DNA from: a bacterium
Lineage (GTDB): Bacteria > Orphanbacterota > Orphanbacteria > Orphanbacterales > Orphanbacteraceae
NCBI GenBank assembly: GCA_025782575.1
Contig: JALGYY010000035.1
Span: forward strand, 20,670 to 84,669
Length of the DNA stretch: 64,000 bases
Reading direction: 5' to 3'
Made by a program: the position numbers and the translations under genes. Numbering within the stretch: position 1 is the stretch's first letter; the number at the start of each line of letters is the position of its first letter. Below, piece after piece: positions 46,575-56,600 of this stretch. The notes under the pieces are model-generated. The model did not search any database. It worked only from the letters and a program-made list of their open reading frames with translations, and was not told where the DNA came from.

Positions 46575-47561
46575 TTGATCGCTTACCTGATCCGGCGCCT
46601 TCTCGGCGCGATTCCTCTTCTCTTCGGGATTTCCACGCTAATCTTTTTCGTCGTTCATCTCGCACCGGGCGACCCGACGTCGCTCTACTTCAGCGAGGAT
46701 TCCGATCCCGAGATCGCCGAACTCATGCGCCACAATTTCGGCCTCGACCGGCCGCTCCCTGAGCAGTACGGAATCTGGATTTTCCGTTTCTTCCGGGGAG
46801 AGTTCGGGTGGTCCTACGGGCATCATCGCCCGGTCGCCGACGTTCTCCGGGAGGCTGTGCCCAACACATTACTTCTCTCTTCGGTCGCCCTGGTTCTGAT
46901 TTTCGTCCTCGGCGTGGCGACCGGCATGCTCTCCGCGGTAAAGCATCACTCCACTCTCGACAAGATCATCACGCTGGTTACGTTCTTCTTCTATTCCATG
47001 CCGGGCTTCTGGTTTGCACTCATGCTGTTACTTCTATTTTCGTATCAGCTCGGCTGGTTTCCGTCGTCTCACATGAGATCGATGGAATTTATCTATGAAG
47101 GACTTACGCCTCTCGGCCGTTTGGCTGACAGGCTGCACCATATCGCTCTCCCGGCGATCGCGCTCGGCCTCGGTTCGTACGCCACAGTCGCCCGCTACAC
47201 CCGCGCGAGCATGCTGGAAGTCATTCGTTCGGACTATGTCCGGACCGCCCGTGCGAAGGGATTACCTGAGCGAACTGTCCTGTTCCGTCACGCCCTTCGG
47301 AACGCCCTTCTGCCTGTGATCACGTTGCTCGGACTTCACATCCCGTTTCTCATAAGCGGCGCCGTACTGATCGAGACGATCTTCGGCTGGCCCGGCATGG
47401 GACGGGTCATCGTGACGGGAATCTTCCAGAGGGATTACCCGCTCATCATGGCGAGCACATTTCTCGCGGCGTCTATGGTAGTCGCCGGGAATCTTCTCGC
47501 GGATATCGCTTACGGGTTCGTCGATCCCCGAATCCGTCACGCCGGCGAGGAGGAACGATGA
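46575..47561 (+). CDS. ABC transporter permease (DppB/OppB-like)
   Basis: BPD_transp_1 topology. 'YVRTARAKGLPE' EAA-loop motif. Confidence 0.88.
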   Translation: MIAYLIRRLLGAIPLLFGISTLIFFVVHLAPGDPTSLYFSEDSDPEIAELMRHNFGLDRPLPEQYGIWIFRFFRGEFGWSYGHHRPVADVLREAVPNTLLLSSVALVLIFVLGVATGMLSAVKHHSTLDKIITLVTFFFYSMPGFWFALMLLLLFSYQLGWFPSSHMRSMEFIYEGLTPLGRLADRLHHIALPAIALGLGSYATVARYTRASMLEVIRSDYVRTARAKGLPERTVLFRHALRNALLPVITLLGLHIPFLISGAVLIETIFGWPGMGRVIVTGIFQRDYPLIMASTFLAASMVVAGNLLADIAYGFVDPRIRHAGEEER

Positions 47562-48394
47562 AGAGGCCTTCTTTTGCCAGGCGCTTCCGGGCGAGCCATC
47601 TCGGTGTGGCGGGAGCGGTCGGCATGCTCATTCTATATTTTGCCGCGTTTCTCGCTCCGGTTCTCTCCCCTTATCCACCCCAGGAGCAGAACCTGCAGGC
47701 CGGCTACACGGCACCAGGAGAGGATCATCTTCTCGGTACCGACAAGTTCGGGCGGGATATTCTGAGCCGGGTACTGCACGGCTCCCGAATCTCTCTCTCC
47801 ATCGGCTTCGTGGCGGTTGCACTGTCGATTTCGCTCGGCACGATTATCGGGATGCTGGCCGGTTACTTTCGCGGCTGGGTCGATACGATTCTCATGCGGA
47901 CCGTCGATGTTCTGCTCTCTTTCCCAAGACTGATCCTGCTGCTTGCCGTGATTGCTCTCTTTCGTCCGTCCATTTATCTTCTCGTGGTCATGCTCGGGGT
48001 TACCGGATGGATGGGAACGGCCCGGATCGTACGCGGGGAAGTGCTCTCTCTCCGGGAGCGGGAATTCGTTCTAGCAGCGCGTGCGCTCGGGTTCAGCACC
48101 CCCCGTATTCTCTTCCGTCATATTCTGCCCAACATCCTCGCCCCAGTGATCGTCGCTGCCACGCTGAATATCGGAAACACGATTCTGCTGGAAGCGTCGC
48201 TCTCTTTTCTGGGGCTCGGCGTTCAGCCACCTGCCGCGAGTTGGGGAAGCGTGATCAATGATGGACGGGAAGCGCTCACTCACGCCTGGTGGATCGCCAC
48301 ATTCCCGGGCCTCGCCATACTCTTCACGGTCATCTGCTTCAATCTTGTCGGCGACGGGCTCCGGGATGCTCTCGATCCCCGCCTGGAGCGCTGA
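47558..48394 (+). CDS. ABC transporter permease (DppC/OppC-like)
   Basis: 'FVLAARALGFS' EAA-loop motif. Overlaps the upstream permease by 4 nt. Confidence 0.88.
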   Translation: MKRPSFARRFRASHLGVAGAVGMLILYFAAFLAPVLSPYPPQEQNLQAGYTAPGEDHLLGTDKFGRDILSRVLHGSRISLSIGFVAVALSISLGTIIGMLAGYFRGWVDTILMRTVDVLLSFPRLILLLAVIALFRPSIYLLVVMLGVTGWMGTARIVRGEVLSLREREFVLAARALGFSTPRILFRHILPNILAPVIVAATLNIGNTILLEASLSFLGLGVQPPAASWGSVINDGREALTHAWWIATFPGLAILFTVICFNLVGDGLRDALDPRLER

Positions 48395-48578
48395 CTACGC
48401 TCAACCGACTCCCCGACCTCCTGGGGAAGAGGATCGCCCGGCTCGGACGGGGGGGGCAGCCCGACCCGCGAGAATTGACGTCGGATTTCGATGGGGGTAT
48501 GGTTTCCCAGTCAGTTAACTAACATTTAGAAACGTTCGTCGGCCTGCCCGATTCGGGCGGCGACTTTGGAATGATCCG

Positions 48579-50333
48579 ATGGGGGTTCATGGAATGAGAA
48601 GATTCAAGGGATTCGGAAGTCTGCTGATCGTTTGCGCGATCGGAGTCTTCGGATGCGGTGATGACAACAACGATCCGCCGCCGACCGCCCCGGATGGTTC
48701 GGACCAGATCGTGCTCACACTCGCCAACTTCGGCGAGGCTTCCCCATCTCATTACGCACTTTGGGCCAACGGGAGTGGGGGGGCGGAGCTGCTGCTACGA
48801 TTCTCCGTCGTCGATGACGCACCGATCGGTCTTGACGGCGAGCCCGCTTCAGCGACCGACCAGTCCCGTGCCCTCGCGGGATCGAGCGGTTTTACCATTA
48901 CTCTCGAGGACGACACCACTCTTTCTGCTCCGGCAGGTCCCGCTCTCGTAGCCGGAACGCTGAGTGATCTCTCTGCAATCCTCACTGTGGAAAACGGCGG
49001 CGCCCTCGGCGTCGATCTGACCGGTGCAGCCGGGAGCATGTTGCTGGATGCTCCGACGACCACCGATCCCCATGATTGCGAGCGGGGCATCTGGTTCACC
49101 GATGGAGCAGGAGCGCCGAGCCTGGCACTCCCGACACTCTCTTCCGGCTGGCGGTATGAAAGCTGGGTGATCGACCGGACGTCAGATATGGTCTACTCTA
49201 CCGGGCGCTTCGCCGGAGCCACCGGAATGGATAGCGACGGCGCCGGCTCTACAAGCGGAGACGAGCAGGCAGGTTATAATTTCCCGGGGCAGGACTTTGC
49301 TGTGGAAGCGGGAGGGATTCCTCCACTCGATCTCGATAACGGCCTTTTTGGAGTGAGCATTACGGTCGAGCCCGATCCTGATAACTCCCCCGATCCTTTT
49401 TCATTTACCATTCTGGGGAGAAACGTCGCCACAGGTACGGTCGAATTCGATTTCTCCAATCTCCCGCCGCTGGTCGAGGGGTCGGGTGCTTTCTACGAGG
49501 CGTGGGTCGCATACGATGATGACTCACTGCTGACACTCGGGGCCTTCTACTGGACAGGTATGCGAATGATCGACCCCGCTACGGGCAAGGACATTCTCGG
49601 CCTTCCCGCCCGCTGTTCCATGGAAGGTGCTTCCGGTGTTCGTGTCTCAGTCGAACGGGAAGGTGATGACGATCCGAGGCCGAGCGGAAGTTTTATTCTT
49701 GCAGGTGATCTTCAGGTCGGATCTGTAGCTCTCTCCCACAAGCACAAAGATGCGTTCGGCGACTCGATCGGTCCACCCTGGATCTCCTACATTCTGGAAG
49801 GGGCTACCACGATCGACACATCGGATTTCGAGAGCGGAATCTGGTTCTATGTAGTTGACGAGTTCGGAGATTCCCTCTCGACGCTTAATCTACCTCCCGC
49901 CCCGAGCGGATGGGTTTATCAGGGCTGGATCGATGTAGGCGGTATCGACGGATGGATTTCCCTTGGAACATTTGCGAATTCGCTCGGCGCTGATTCGGAC
50001 AGTTCCGGCCCGTGGGCGGCTGACAGCATCGAGTATCTGCCCGCGTTTCCCGGCCAGGATTTCATAGCAGGGGATGGGGCACGCAATCTGGTAGATGGCA
50101 GCACCGAGGCTGTGGTGACGATCGAGCCGGCAGACGACCATGCTCCTGACGACCCGTTCATCGAGCTTTACAGGGACAGGATCAACACGCGGAACAGGAA
50201 CGAAACCCAGGACATGGACGGGATACTCGACCTGCTCCCCGTATCACCGACGACGTTCGACGCGACCAGGGTCTACGCTCTCCAGTCTAACGGGGACAGG
50301 CTCCCCCAGGCGACCGTTCACATCGCGCGGTAG
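48579..50333 (+). CDS. Lipoprotein of unknown function with an internal ~90-aa duplication
   Basis: Signal/lipobox 'LLIVCAIGVFGCG'. Two copies of the motif 'GIWF...LP...SGW.Y..W.....G.F....G.DSD..G....P.FPGQDF'. Confidence 0.5.
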   Translation: MGVHGMRRFKGFGSLLIVCAIGVFGCGDDNNDPPPTAPDGSDQIVLTLANFGEASPSHYALWANGSGGAELLLRFSVVDDAPIGLDGEPASATDQSRALAGSSGFTITLEDDTTLSAPAGPALVAGTLSDLSAILTVENGGALGVDLTGAAGSMLLDAPTTTDPHDCERGIWFTDGAGAPSLALPTLSSGWRYESWVIDRTSDMVYSTGRFAGATGMDSDGAGSTSGDEQAGYNFPGQDFAVEAGGIPPLDLDNGLFGVSITVEPDPDNSPDPFSFTILGRNVATGTVEFDFSNLPPLVEGSGAFYEAWVAYDDDSLLTLGAFYWTGMRMIDPATGKDILGLPARCSMEGASGVRVSVEREGDDDPRPSGSFILAGDLQVGSVALSHKHKDAFGDSIGPPWISYILEGATTIDTSDFESGIWFYVVDEFGDSLSTLNLPPAPSGWVYQGWIDVGGIDGWISLGTFANSLGADSDSSGPWAADSIEYLPAFPGQDFIAGDGARNLVDGSTEAVVTIEPADDHAPDDPFIELYRDRINTRNRNETQDMDGILDLLPVSPTTFDATRVYALQSNGDRLPQATVHIAR

Positions 50334-50375
50334 AAAGCTGCCGGACCGGATTGCGGTATCAAGTCGGGAGGGGGG

Positions 50376-50741
50376 TTATCGGCGCCTTCCTCGTCCCGCG
50401 CCCACGCCCGGAGGCTGAGTGCCGGCCGGGTAGACGACCATGAGGTCAACGTAGTAGGGTCGATAGGGGATGGAGACCTTACGGTCGTAGTCAATCCAGA
50501 TTCGCAGGTTCCCGTTCTGCCTCCACACACGGAGATCGCGCAGTTCGAGCGGGATTCTCTTGTCCGACGCATAGCCGAGTATCTCATTCTGCACGTACTG
50601 CTCTGACCTCAGGTGGTTCTCTCGCGCGATCTCTTTCACCTTCATCGAGAGAAGCCTGTTTGCAATATGCGGAGTGGCCATGGTGAGCCCTATGTGGATC
50701 AACCCAACAAGCAGAGCGAGTTTCAGAATCCCCCTTAGCAT
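50376..50741 (-). CDS. Hypothetical membrane-anchored protein
   Basis: N-terminal anchor 'MLRGILKLALLVGLIHIGL'. Start chosen at the internal ATG. No recognisable domain. Confidence 0.35.
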   Translation of the reverse strand: MLRGILKLALLVGLIHIGLTMATPHIANRLLSMKVKEIARENHLRSEQYVQNEILGYASDKRIPLELRDLRVWRQNGNLRIWIDYDRKVSIPYRPYYVDLMVVYPAGTQPPGVGAGRGRRR

Positions 50742-50870
50742 GGCAGACTTCCTCCCTGTACCGGTTATCGGCCTCCCGGGCAGGGATATGAGCCGCCCCT
50801 GATCAATACCCCCATCTGACAAAACCCCGCGGGGTGGCGGGGCTCTGTCTTCAATCATGGGAAGAAACGA

Positions 50871-51512
50871 TCAATATTCGGTAATCTGCACCTTTTGGGC
50901 GAATTTGTCCTCACTCAGCTTGCCCGAGGTGAAGGCGCTGATCTCCTTCATCTGAACGCGAAGCACTAGCCTGTGGTAGCCGTCGTCCCCCCAGGAAGTG
51001 TGAAGAGGAGAGGCGAATACCGTGAACCACTCGTTAGGCTTTGCTTTGGCTATTGTGTCACCATAGTCACGCATCACCTCGATGATCTCATCTTTTACTT
51101 TTCCATACTTTTCCTCATCACCCATCACATCTTCATTGTCGGCTTTTTTACCCTTCTTGCTCCCTGAGCGAATGGTAATGACCTTCTCGCCATCCTCATC
51201 TTCCTCTGTGATGATCGAGAAATCCTTGCCTAGATTCGACCAGATCGATCCGCCGAACCATCCCTCGGAATCGACGAGGCCGACTTCCAGTGTAAACACG
51301 GGGCCGTAGTCTTCGATATAAACGCCGTGGGTAGGATGGGTAGAGCGAACGAGAGCGAAACGGCTTTCCACCAGCGCCTCGTCCAGGATTTTCTCCATAA
51401 TGGAAATCTGCTTCGAGATCCGTTTGTTATCACCTGCTGTTGCATCGACACTTGTCATGAGCAGCAGGGGACCGAAAAGAACTGCCATGGTGATGGCTGA
51501 TCTGATCTTCAT
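50871..51512 (-). CDS. Hypothetical secreted protein
   Basis: Signal peptide 'MKIRSAITMAVLFGPLLLMTSVDA'. Acidic/Lys-rich. No recognisable domain. Confidence 0.4.
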   Translation of the reverse strand: MKIRSAITMAVLFGPLLLMTSVDATAGDNKRISKQISIMEKILDEALVESRFALVRSTHPTHGVYIEDYGPVFTLEVGLVDSEGWFGGSIWSNLGKDFSIITEEDEDGEKVITIRSGSKKGKKADNEDVMGDEEKYGKVKDEIIEVMRDYGDTIAKAKPNEWFTVFASPLHTSWGDDGYHRLVLRVQMKEISAFTSGKLSEDKFAQKVQITEY

Positions 51513-51673
51513 TCTCAGCATTTCATTTGCCTCCAGATGAGCGAGAAGTACCAACTTCACCCCAAAGACGGAGATCAGGAGGCAGAGTGCTTAAACTAAT
51601 TGGGGGGAAGCTGGTAGACTTCTGGACCCGAGCGACCCACGAGGTGCGGAGCACCAGCCGGAAAAGAGCGAGG

Positions 51674-53449
51674 ATGATCATGTCGGGAGGTGAGGAAATG
51701 GCCGCGTGGGGGACCGGCTGCCGTGCCAGGCGGCTCCGGGGCATCGAAAGCGGTCGGCCTGCCGGTTCGGGGGCGCTTCTCCTCCTGCTCCTTTTCATCG
51801 CCATCTTCCCGCGGTCCACCTGCGCCGTCGAATCGGACAGCCTCACCAGCAACCCCTCTCCGGTCCGGTTCGGAGAGATCCTGATCCTCAGGAAGGACGT
51901 CTTCAATCCGTCAGTTCCCGGATTGGATCGTTTCCCATTCCGCATTCTGAACAAGCTCCACGTTGTAACCAAGGACAATGTGATTCGCGAGCAGCTTCTC
52001 ATCCGCGACGGAGATATCTTTGATCAGTCCCTTCTGGATGAATCCGAGCGAGTTCTCCGCCGCCTCAGCTTTATCGGGGCAGCGTCTGCCGTCGCCCTGG
52101 ATGAAAAGGACGGCTCACGCCGTGTGGTTGTGGAGACTCAGGATCAGTGGTCTACGAATCTCGAGCTGGAAATCGATCGATTCAAGGACTCCGACGAGGG
52201 GGATACGCGCGACGAGAACGGGTTTGAAGTAACTCTCAGTGAAGACAACTTTCTAGGATGGGGAAAGAAGATCCGGTTCCGCGCCCGGCACGAGTTCTCA
52301 GAAACACAGCTCGGCTATCTTTATGAGGATCCGAACCTGCTTGACACACGATGGATCATGAAGGGGGCGTTTCAGGATCGCTCCCGCGGCAAAGAGTGGG
52401 AGGGATTGATCCTGAGGCCTTTTTACTCGCTCGGAACGAGATGGAGTCTCGGCTGGCAATCGGTCTTCGAGGCGGAAGAGAATCTCGTTTTCCGCGACGG
52501 GATCGAAGAAGCCGTGTTTTTTCAGGAGATTCGAAATGACGAGATTTTCGTAGGGCGCATGTTCGGGCCGCGGTATCGGCGGAAGGTTCTCCTGCGCGTC
52601 TCCGCCGCCCACCGTGATCAGTCCTTTTCTGATCTCGCCTCCCCGGATGGCCAAGCGGAGATGCCCGACTTTATCCCGCCCGCCAGCCTACTTCCCGAGG
52701 GGGAGCGAGGCCCTTCCCTTATGAGCTCACTCCGGTTCGGCAGCTTCCGATTCAAAGAAGAGCGCCGCCTCGACAACTTCATCCGTGTAGAAGATGTGGA
52801 ACTCGGCGGTTTCATCGGTGTGGAGGCGGGAAGAATCGCTACCAACAGGAGCCGGTGGCGCCTGGGCGCTCAAGCCGCCTGGGGAGGAAGCTGGGGAACA
52901 GGCCGCTACTATTCGCTCTTCGGCCAGCTCATCTCACACCGACGGCGGGACAGATGGATCGAAACGGAGCTGAGCTCCGCGCTTCAGGCCTACGCTCATC
53001 TGGGAGGCTGGAACACTCTCGCCGGAAGAATCGCCCTCGACAGAGGATGGAAAATGCTGCCGGGGGATGAGTTCTTTCTGGGAGAGAACAACGGACTTCG
53101 CGGCTTCCCGGCGCGGAGTTCAGCGGGACCGAATCGGCTCCTGCTGAATGTCGAGGATCGGCTGTTCTCGGATCTCGTCCTCTATACCGTGGCTATCGGC
53201 GGCGCTCTGTTCGTCGATGGTGGAGCGGTGTGGGAAGATGGCACCGGGATTTCCTGGAACGACCTCGATGCCGGCGCGGGATTCGGTCTTCGATTCGGTT
53301 TGACCAAGTCCCGGTCATCGCCTGTGATCCGGATTGACCTGGCCCGGAATCTTACGAATGGTTCCTATCGATTCAGCGTCATATCAGGACACATATTCGC
53401 GCTCCTCCGACCTTTCCGCGAATTCACCCTCCGGCAGGAAGATCGCTGA
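51674..53449 (+). CDS. Omp85/BamA-TamA family outer-membrane protein (one POTRA-like domain plus beta-barrel)
   Basis: C-terminal 'ALFVDGGAVWEDG...DAGAGFGLRFGLTKSRSSPVIRIDLARNL' is an Omp85 barrel signature. N-terminal POTRA-like 'VRFGEILILRKDVFNP...DIFD'. Confidence 0.6.
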   Translation: MIMSGGEEMAAWGTGCRARRLRGIESGRPAGSGALLLLLLFIAIFPRSTCAVESDSLTSNPSPVRFGEILILRKDVFNPSVPGLDRFPFRILNKLHVVTKDNVIREQLLIRDGDIFDQSLLDESERVLRRLSFIGAASAVALDEKDGSRRVVVETQDQWSTNLELEIDRFKDSDEGDTRDENGFEVTLSEDNFLGWGKKIRFRARHEFSETQLGYLYEDPNLLDTRWIMKGAFQDRSRGKEWEGLILRPFYSLGTRWSLGWQSVFEAEENLVFRDGIEEAVFFQEIRNDEIFVGRMFGPRYRRKVLLRVSAAHRDQSFSDLASPDGQAEMPDFIPPASLLPEGERGPSLMSSLRFGSFRFKEERRLDNFIRVEDVELGGFIGVEAGRIATNRSRWRLGAQAAWGGSWGTGRYYSLFGQLISHRRRDRWIETELSSALQAYAHLGGWNTLAGRIALDRGWKMLPGDEFFLGENNGLRGFPARSSAGPNRLLLNVEDRLFSDLVLYTVAIGGALFVDGGAVWEDGTGISWNDLDAGAGFGLRFGLTKSRSSPVIRIDLARNLTNGSYRFSVISGHIFALLRPFREFTLRQEDR

Positions 53450-53531
53450 CCTGAATATTTGATTTGGAGGTCCCGCGCCCCGTCCCTATCCTATATTATG
53501 GAAGCCGGTGCCCTTCGGGGGGAGAGTATTC

Positions 53532-54359
53532 ATGCATCAGTTCATCGAGGTAACCAATGCCGCCCTGCCGGTACTCTACGGCATCCTCTTTGCCGCCTAC
53601 CTCTCCGCGTTCCTGGGCAAAGGGGAGGTCTGGGTAAGACGGGTCACCAGTTTTCTCCCGTTCTTGGTTGTGCTCCATGGTGCCTACCTGGCAGGTCGTA
53701 CGATCCACCTGGGCCACATTCCGCTACTGTCACGCAGCGAGGCGATGAGCACCGTAGGGTTCTGCCTCGCGGTAATCTACCTGATCCAGGAACGGCAGGT
53801 GCGGGTGCGCGAGGTGGGAGTTTTCGTCCTCGGTCCCGCCTGGGCATTGCAGCTGTTCAGTTCGTTCCATATCCAGCATATCGTCCTGACGCAGGATCCC
53901 CAGTTTCAAGGCGCCCTCTTCCGGTTTCATGTGTTCACGTCCATACTCGCCTATGTGGGATTTGCCGTGGCGGCCTTTTACGGCGTCCTCTTCCTGCTTC
54001 TCCTCAGAGAAATCGAATCGCGAAGGCTCGGCTTCATGTTCTCACGTCTCCCCGCACTTGAAACGCTCTCCCGGATGAATTACAGGACGGTACTTCTCGC
54101 GTTCGTTCTTTTCACACTCGGTGTCATCACAGGTACGGTCTGGGCAATCCGCGTACTCGAGGATCATTCGGCCGTCGATCCCAAAATGATCGGCTCGGTC
54201 GTGATCTGGCTGATCTACGCCTCTTTTCTCGGCTTGAGCGCATTGCGGCGATGGCAAGGGCGGAGCGGCGCATTGCTCTCCCTATTCGGGTTCGCGGCCG
54301 TGCTGACCGTATTCGTGGCGCTGAACTTCCTTCTTCCTTCATTCCACGACTTCCTTTGA
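53532..54359 (+). CDS. CcsA/HemX-like cytochrome c assembly family membrane protein
   Basis: Polytopic. 'GTVWAIRVLEDHSAVDPKMIGSVVIWLIYA' resembles the CcsA/ResC W-rich region. Immediately upstream of hemA. Confidence 0.55.
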   Translation: MHQFIEVTNAALPVLYGILFAAYLSAFLGKGEVWVRRVTSFLPFLVVLHGAYLAGRTIHLGHIPLLSRSEAMSTVGFCLAVIYLIQERQVRVREVGVFVLGPAWALQLFSSFHIQHIVLTQDPQFQGALFRFHVFTSILAYVGFAVAAFYGVLFLLLLREIESRRLGFMFSRLPALETLSRMNYRTVLLAFVLFTLGVITGTVWAIRVLEDHSAVDPKMIGSVVIWLIYASFLGLSALRRWQGRSGALLSLFGFAAVLTVFVALNFLLPSFHDFL

Positions 54360-54360
54360 T

Positions 54361-55662
54361 ATGGGCCATTCGGAGAATCAATCGAATCGGGAACGCCGTC
54401 ACCTGGTCATGGCCGGCCAGAACTATCGATCCACGCCTGTCGATCTCCGAGAACAGCTCGCGTTCGACGAGGAGACCACGAAACTGGCTATCTCCTCGTT
54501 GCTCGGAAACGGAGAGATCAGCGAGTGCGCCGTGCTGTCCACGTGCAATCGGAGCGAAGTTTATGTAGTGGCGGAATCAGTGGAGTCCGGCCTCTCCCGC
54601 ATACGTGAAACGTATACGAATCTGTTTCAGATTCCTCTGGCGACGATCGACCCCATACTCTACAAGCATCAAGGATCGAAAGCGGTGCACCAGCTGTTTG
54701 CTGTCGCCGCCGGGATCGACTCCATGGTGATCGGCGAACCTCAGATTCTCGGGCAGGTGAAAGACGCGTTCGCAGTGGCATCCCAGTCGAAAGCAACCCG
54801 CCTGATTCTGAACCGTCTGTTTTCCCAGGCGATCGAAGTGGGAAAGAAGGTGCGGACAGAGACATCGATCGGGAGCGGTGCTGTCTCGATCCCGTTCGCT
54901 GCTGTTGAAATCGTTAAGAACATCTTCGATAAGCTGGGAAATCGCTCAGCTCTCGTTGTCGGCGCAGGCGAAACGGGCGTACTCGCCGCACGGCATCTGA
55001 AAAACGCCGGTTTCGGTTCGATCGTGCTCACCAATCGGACGTTTTCCAAAGCGGCCCGTCTGGCTGAGGAGATCGGTGGATCGGCGAGACGCTTCGAGGA
55101 CCTCACCGAATGTCTTGTCGCGTCAGACGTAGTGTTGTGCGCCACATCATCCCCCGAACCGATTCTCAAGGCGGCCACGATTGCGGAGGTGGCGCGGGAC
55201 AGGAAGATGCCGTTCTTCCTGGTCGATCTCGCTGTTCCGAGGGATATCGACCCTGCGGTGCGAAAAATCTCGGGCGCCATTCTTTACGATCTCGATGATC
55301 TGAAAGTCATCGTCGATCGGAATCAGAAACAGCGCATCAAAGAAGCAGAACGAGGTCGCTCCATTCTCGAGGAAGAAGTCGGGCGATTCGGCCGCTGGAT
55401 GGACGCCCTTGATTCTACCCTGACCATCAGGCTCCTCCGGTCCAAGCTCGAGCGCATCAGCGGAGCCGAGCTCGAGCGTCACGGAAAGGGGCTCTCCCCC
55501 GAGGAGAAAAAACATCTCCAGCGATTCGCTCATGGCCTGCTTAACAAGATCCTTCACACGCCCACATTGCGCCTCAAGTCGATGAACGGCTCCAGTGCAA
55601 GCTCGGAGGAGCAGCGTATTGTGAAAGATCTGTTCGCGCTGGAAGAGGAGGATGGGGAATGA
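54361..55662 (+). CDS. hemA: Glutamyl-tRNA reductase
   Basis: 'AVLSTCNRSEVYVV' (active Cys). 'GEPQILGQVKDAF'. NADPH fold 'VVGAGETGVLAARHL'. Confidence 0.9.
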   Translation: MGHSENQSNRERRHLVMAGQNYRSTPVDLREQLAFDEETTKLAISSLLGNGEISECAVLSTCNRSEVYVVAESVESGLSRIRETYTNLFQIPLATIDPILYKHQGSKAVHQLFAVAAGIDSMVIGEPQILGQVKDAFAVASQSKATRLILNRLFSQAIEVGKKVRTETSIGSGAVSIPFAAVEIVKNIFDKLGNRSALVVGAGETGVLAARHLKNAGFGSIVLTNRTFSKAARLAEEIGGSARRFEDLTECLVASDVVLCATSSPEPILKAATIAEVARDRKMPFFLVDLAVPRDIDPAVRKISGAILYDLDDLKVIVDRNQKQRIKEAERGRSILEEEVGRFGRWMDALDSTLTIRLLRSKLERISGAELERHGKGLSPEEKKHLQRFAHGLLNKILHTPTLRLKSMNGSSASSEEQRIVKDLFALEEEDGE

Positions 55663-56600
55663 ATCGATCTCTCCGTCTCGGTACACGAGGGAGCCCGCTC
55701 GCCCTCTGGCAGGCCGATCGCGTACAGAACGACCTGCGGAAGATCTACCCGGATCATTCCGTTGAGGTGGTAATCCTCAAAACGACAGGCGACAAGAACC
55801 AGACGAGCCCACTGGCCGAGATCGGTACAAGCGCGCTCTTCACCGCCGAGATCGATCGCGCTCTACTTTCGGGAGAAGTAGATTTCGGGGTTCACAGCCT
55901 GAAAGACTGCGAATCCGTACTGGAGTCGGGGATCTATCTCGCGGCCGTCCTTGAGCGAGGATCTCCGTTCGATTCATTCGTTCCTGCAGAGGGAGTCGAA
56001 TCCGTCGGTTTTTCTTCTCTTCTCGAGGGCTCATCGATTGCCACGGGGAGCTTGAGGCGGCGGGCACAAATCCTGGCCGCCCGTCCCGATCTCGTCGTGG
56101 AGGAGCTCCGTGGAAACATCGACACCCGTCTGGAGCAGCGTAACAGGCCGGGTCTTGCCGGCGTCCTCATGGCCGAGGCGGCGCTGCTTCGACTGGGTCG
56201 TCATGTAAAGCGCGAGGTACTTCCCGCTGAAATCATGTTGCCGGCGGTCTGCCAGGGGATTGTCGGAATCACCACCAGGGAAGGGGATGAGGAGATCGCC
56301 ACGTTCGTCCGGGCCATCAACTGTGAGGAGACGATGAGCCGAGCCCTCGCCGAGCGGGCTATGCTTCGCGTACTGGAGGGGGGGTGCCGAGTCCCGGCGG
56401 GCGCCTTCGCTGTGAGAAACGGAGACACGATTCATCTGCGGGCACTGATTGCAGCGGTCGATGGAAGCCGGGTGGTCACCAGGGAGGGCTCCGCTGACGT
56501 GTACCAAGGCGAAAGCCTCGGCCGCCGACTGGGAGAGGAGATCCTCGCCGCCGGAGGAGCCGAGATCCTTAACGACATTCGCTTCGAGGATCTCCCTTGA
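55659..56600 (+). CDS. hemC: Hydroxymethylbilane synthase (porphobilinogen deaminase)
   Basis: 'LRLGTRGSPLALWQA' and 'GGCRVPAGAFAV' (cofactor Cys). Confidence 0.9.
   Translation: MNRSLRLGTRGSPLALWQADRVQNDLRKIYPDHSVEVVILKTTGDKNQTSPLAEIGTSALFTAEIDRALLSGEVDFGVHSLKDCESVLESGIYLAAVLERGSPFDSFVPAEGVESVGFSSLLEGSSIATGSLRRRAQILAARPDLVVEELRGNIDTRLEQRNRPGLAGVLMAEAALLRLGRHVKREVLPAEIMLPAVCQGIVGITTREGDEEIATFVRAINCEETMSRALAERAMLRVLEGGCRVPAGAFAVRNGDTIHLRALIAAVDGSRVVTREGSADVYQGESLGRRLGEEILAAGGAEILNDIRFEDLP

Noticed and set aside
48540-48562. Short hairpin GCCCGATTCGGGC between permease and lipoprotein genes
   Set aside because: The stem is 5 bp with no U-tract, which is insufficient for a terminator call.
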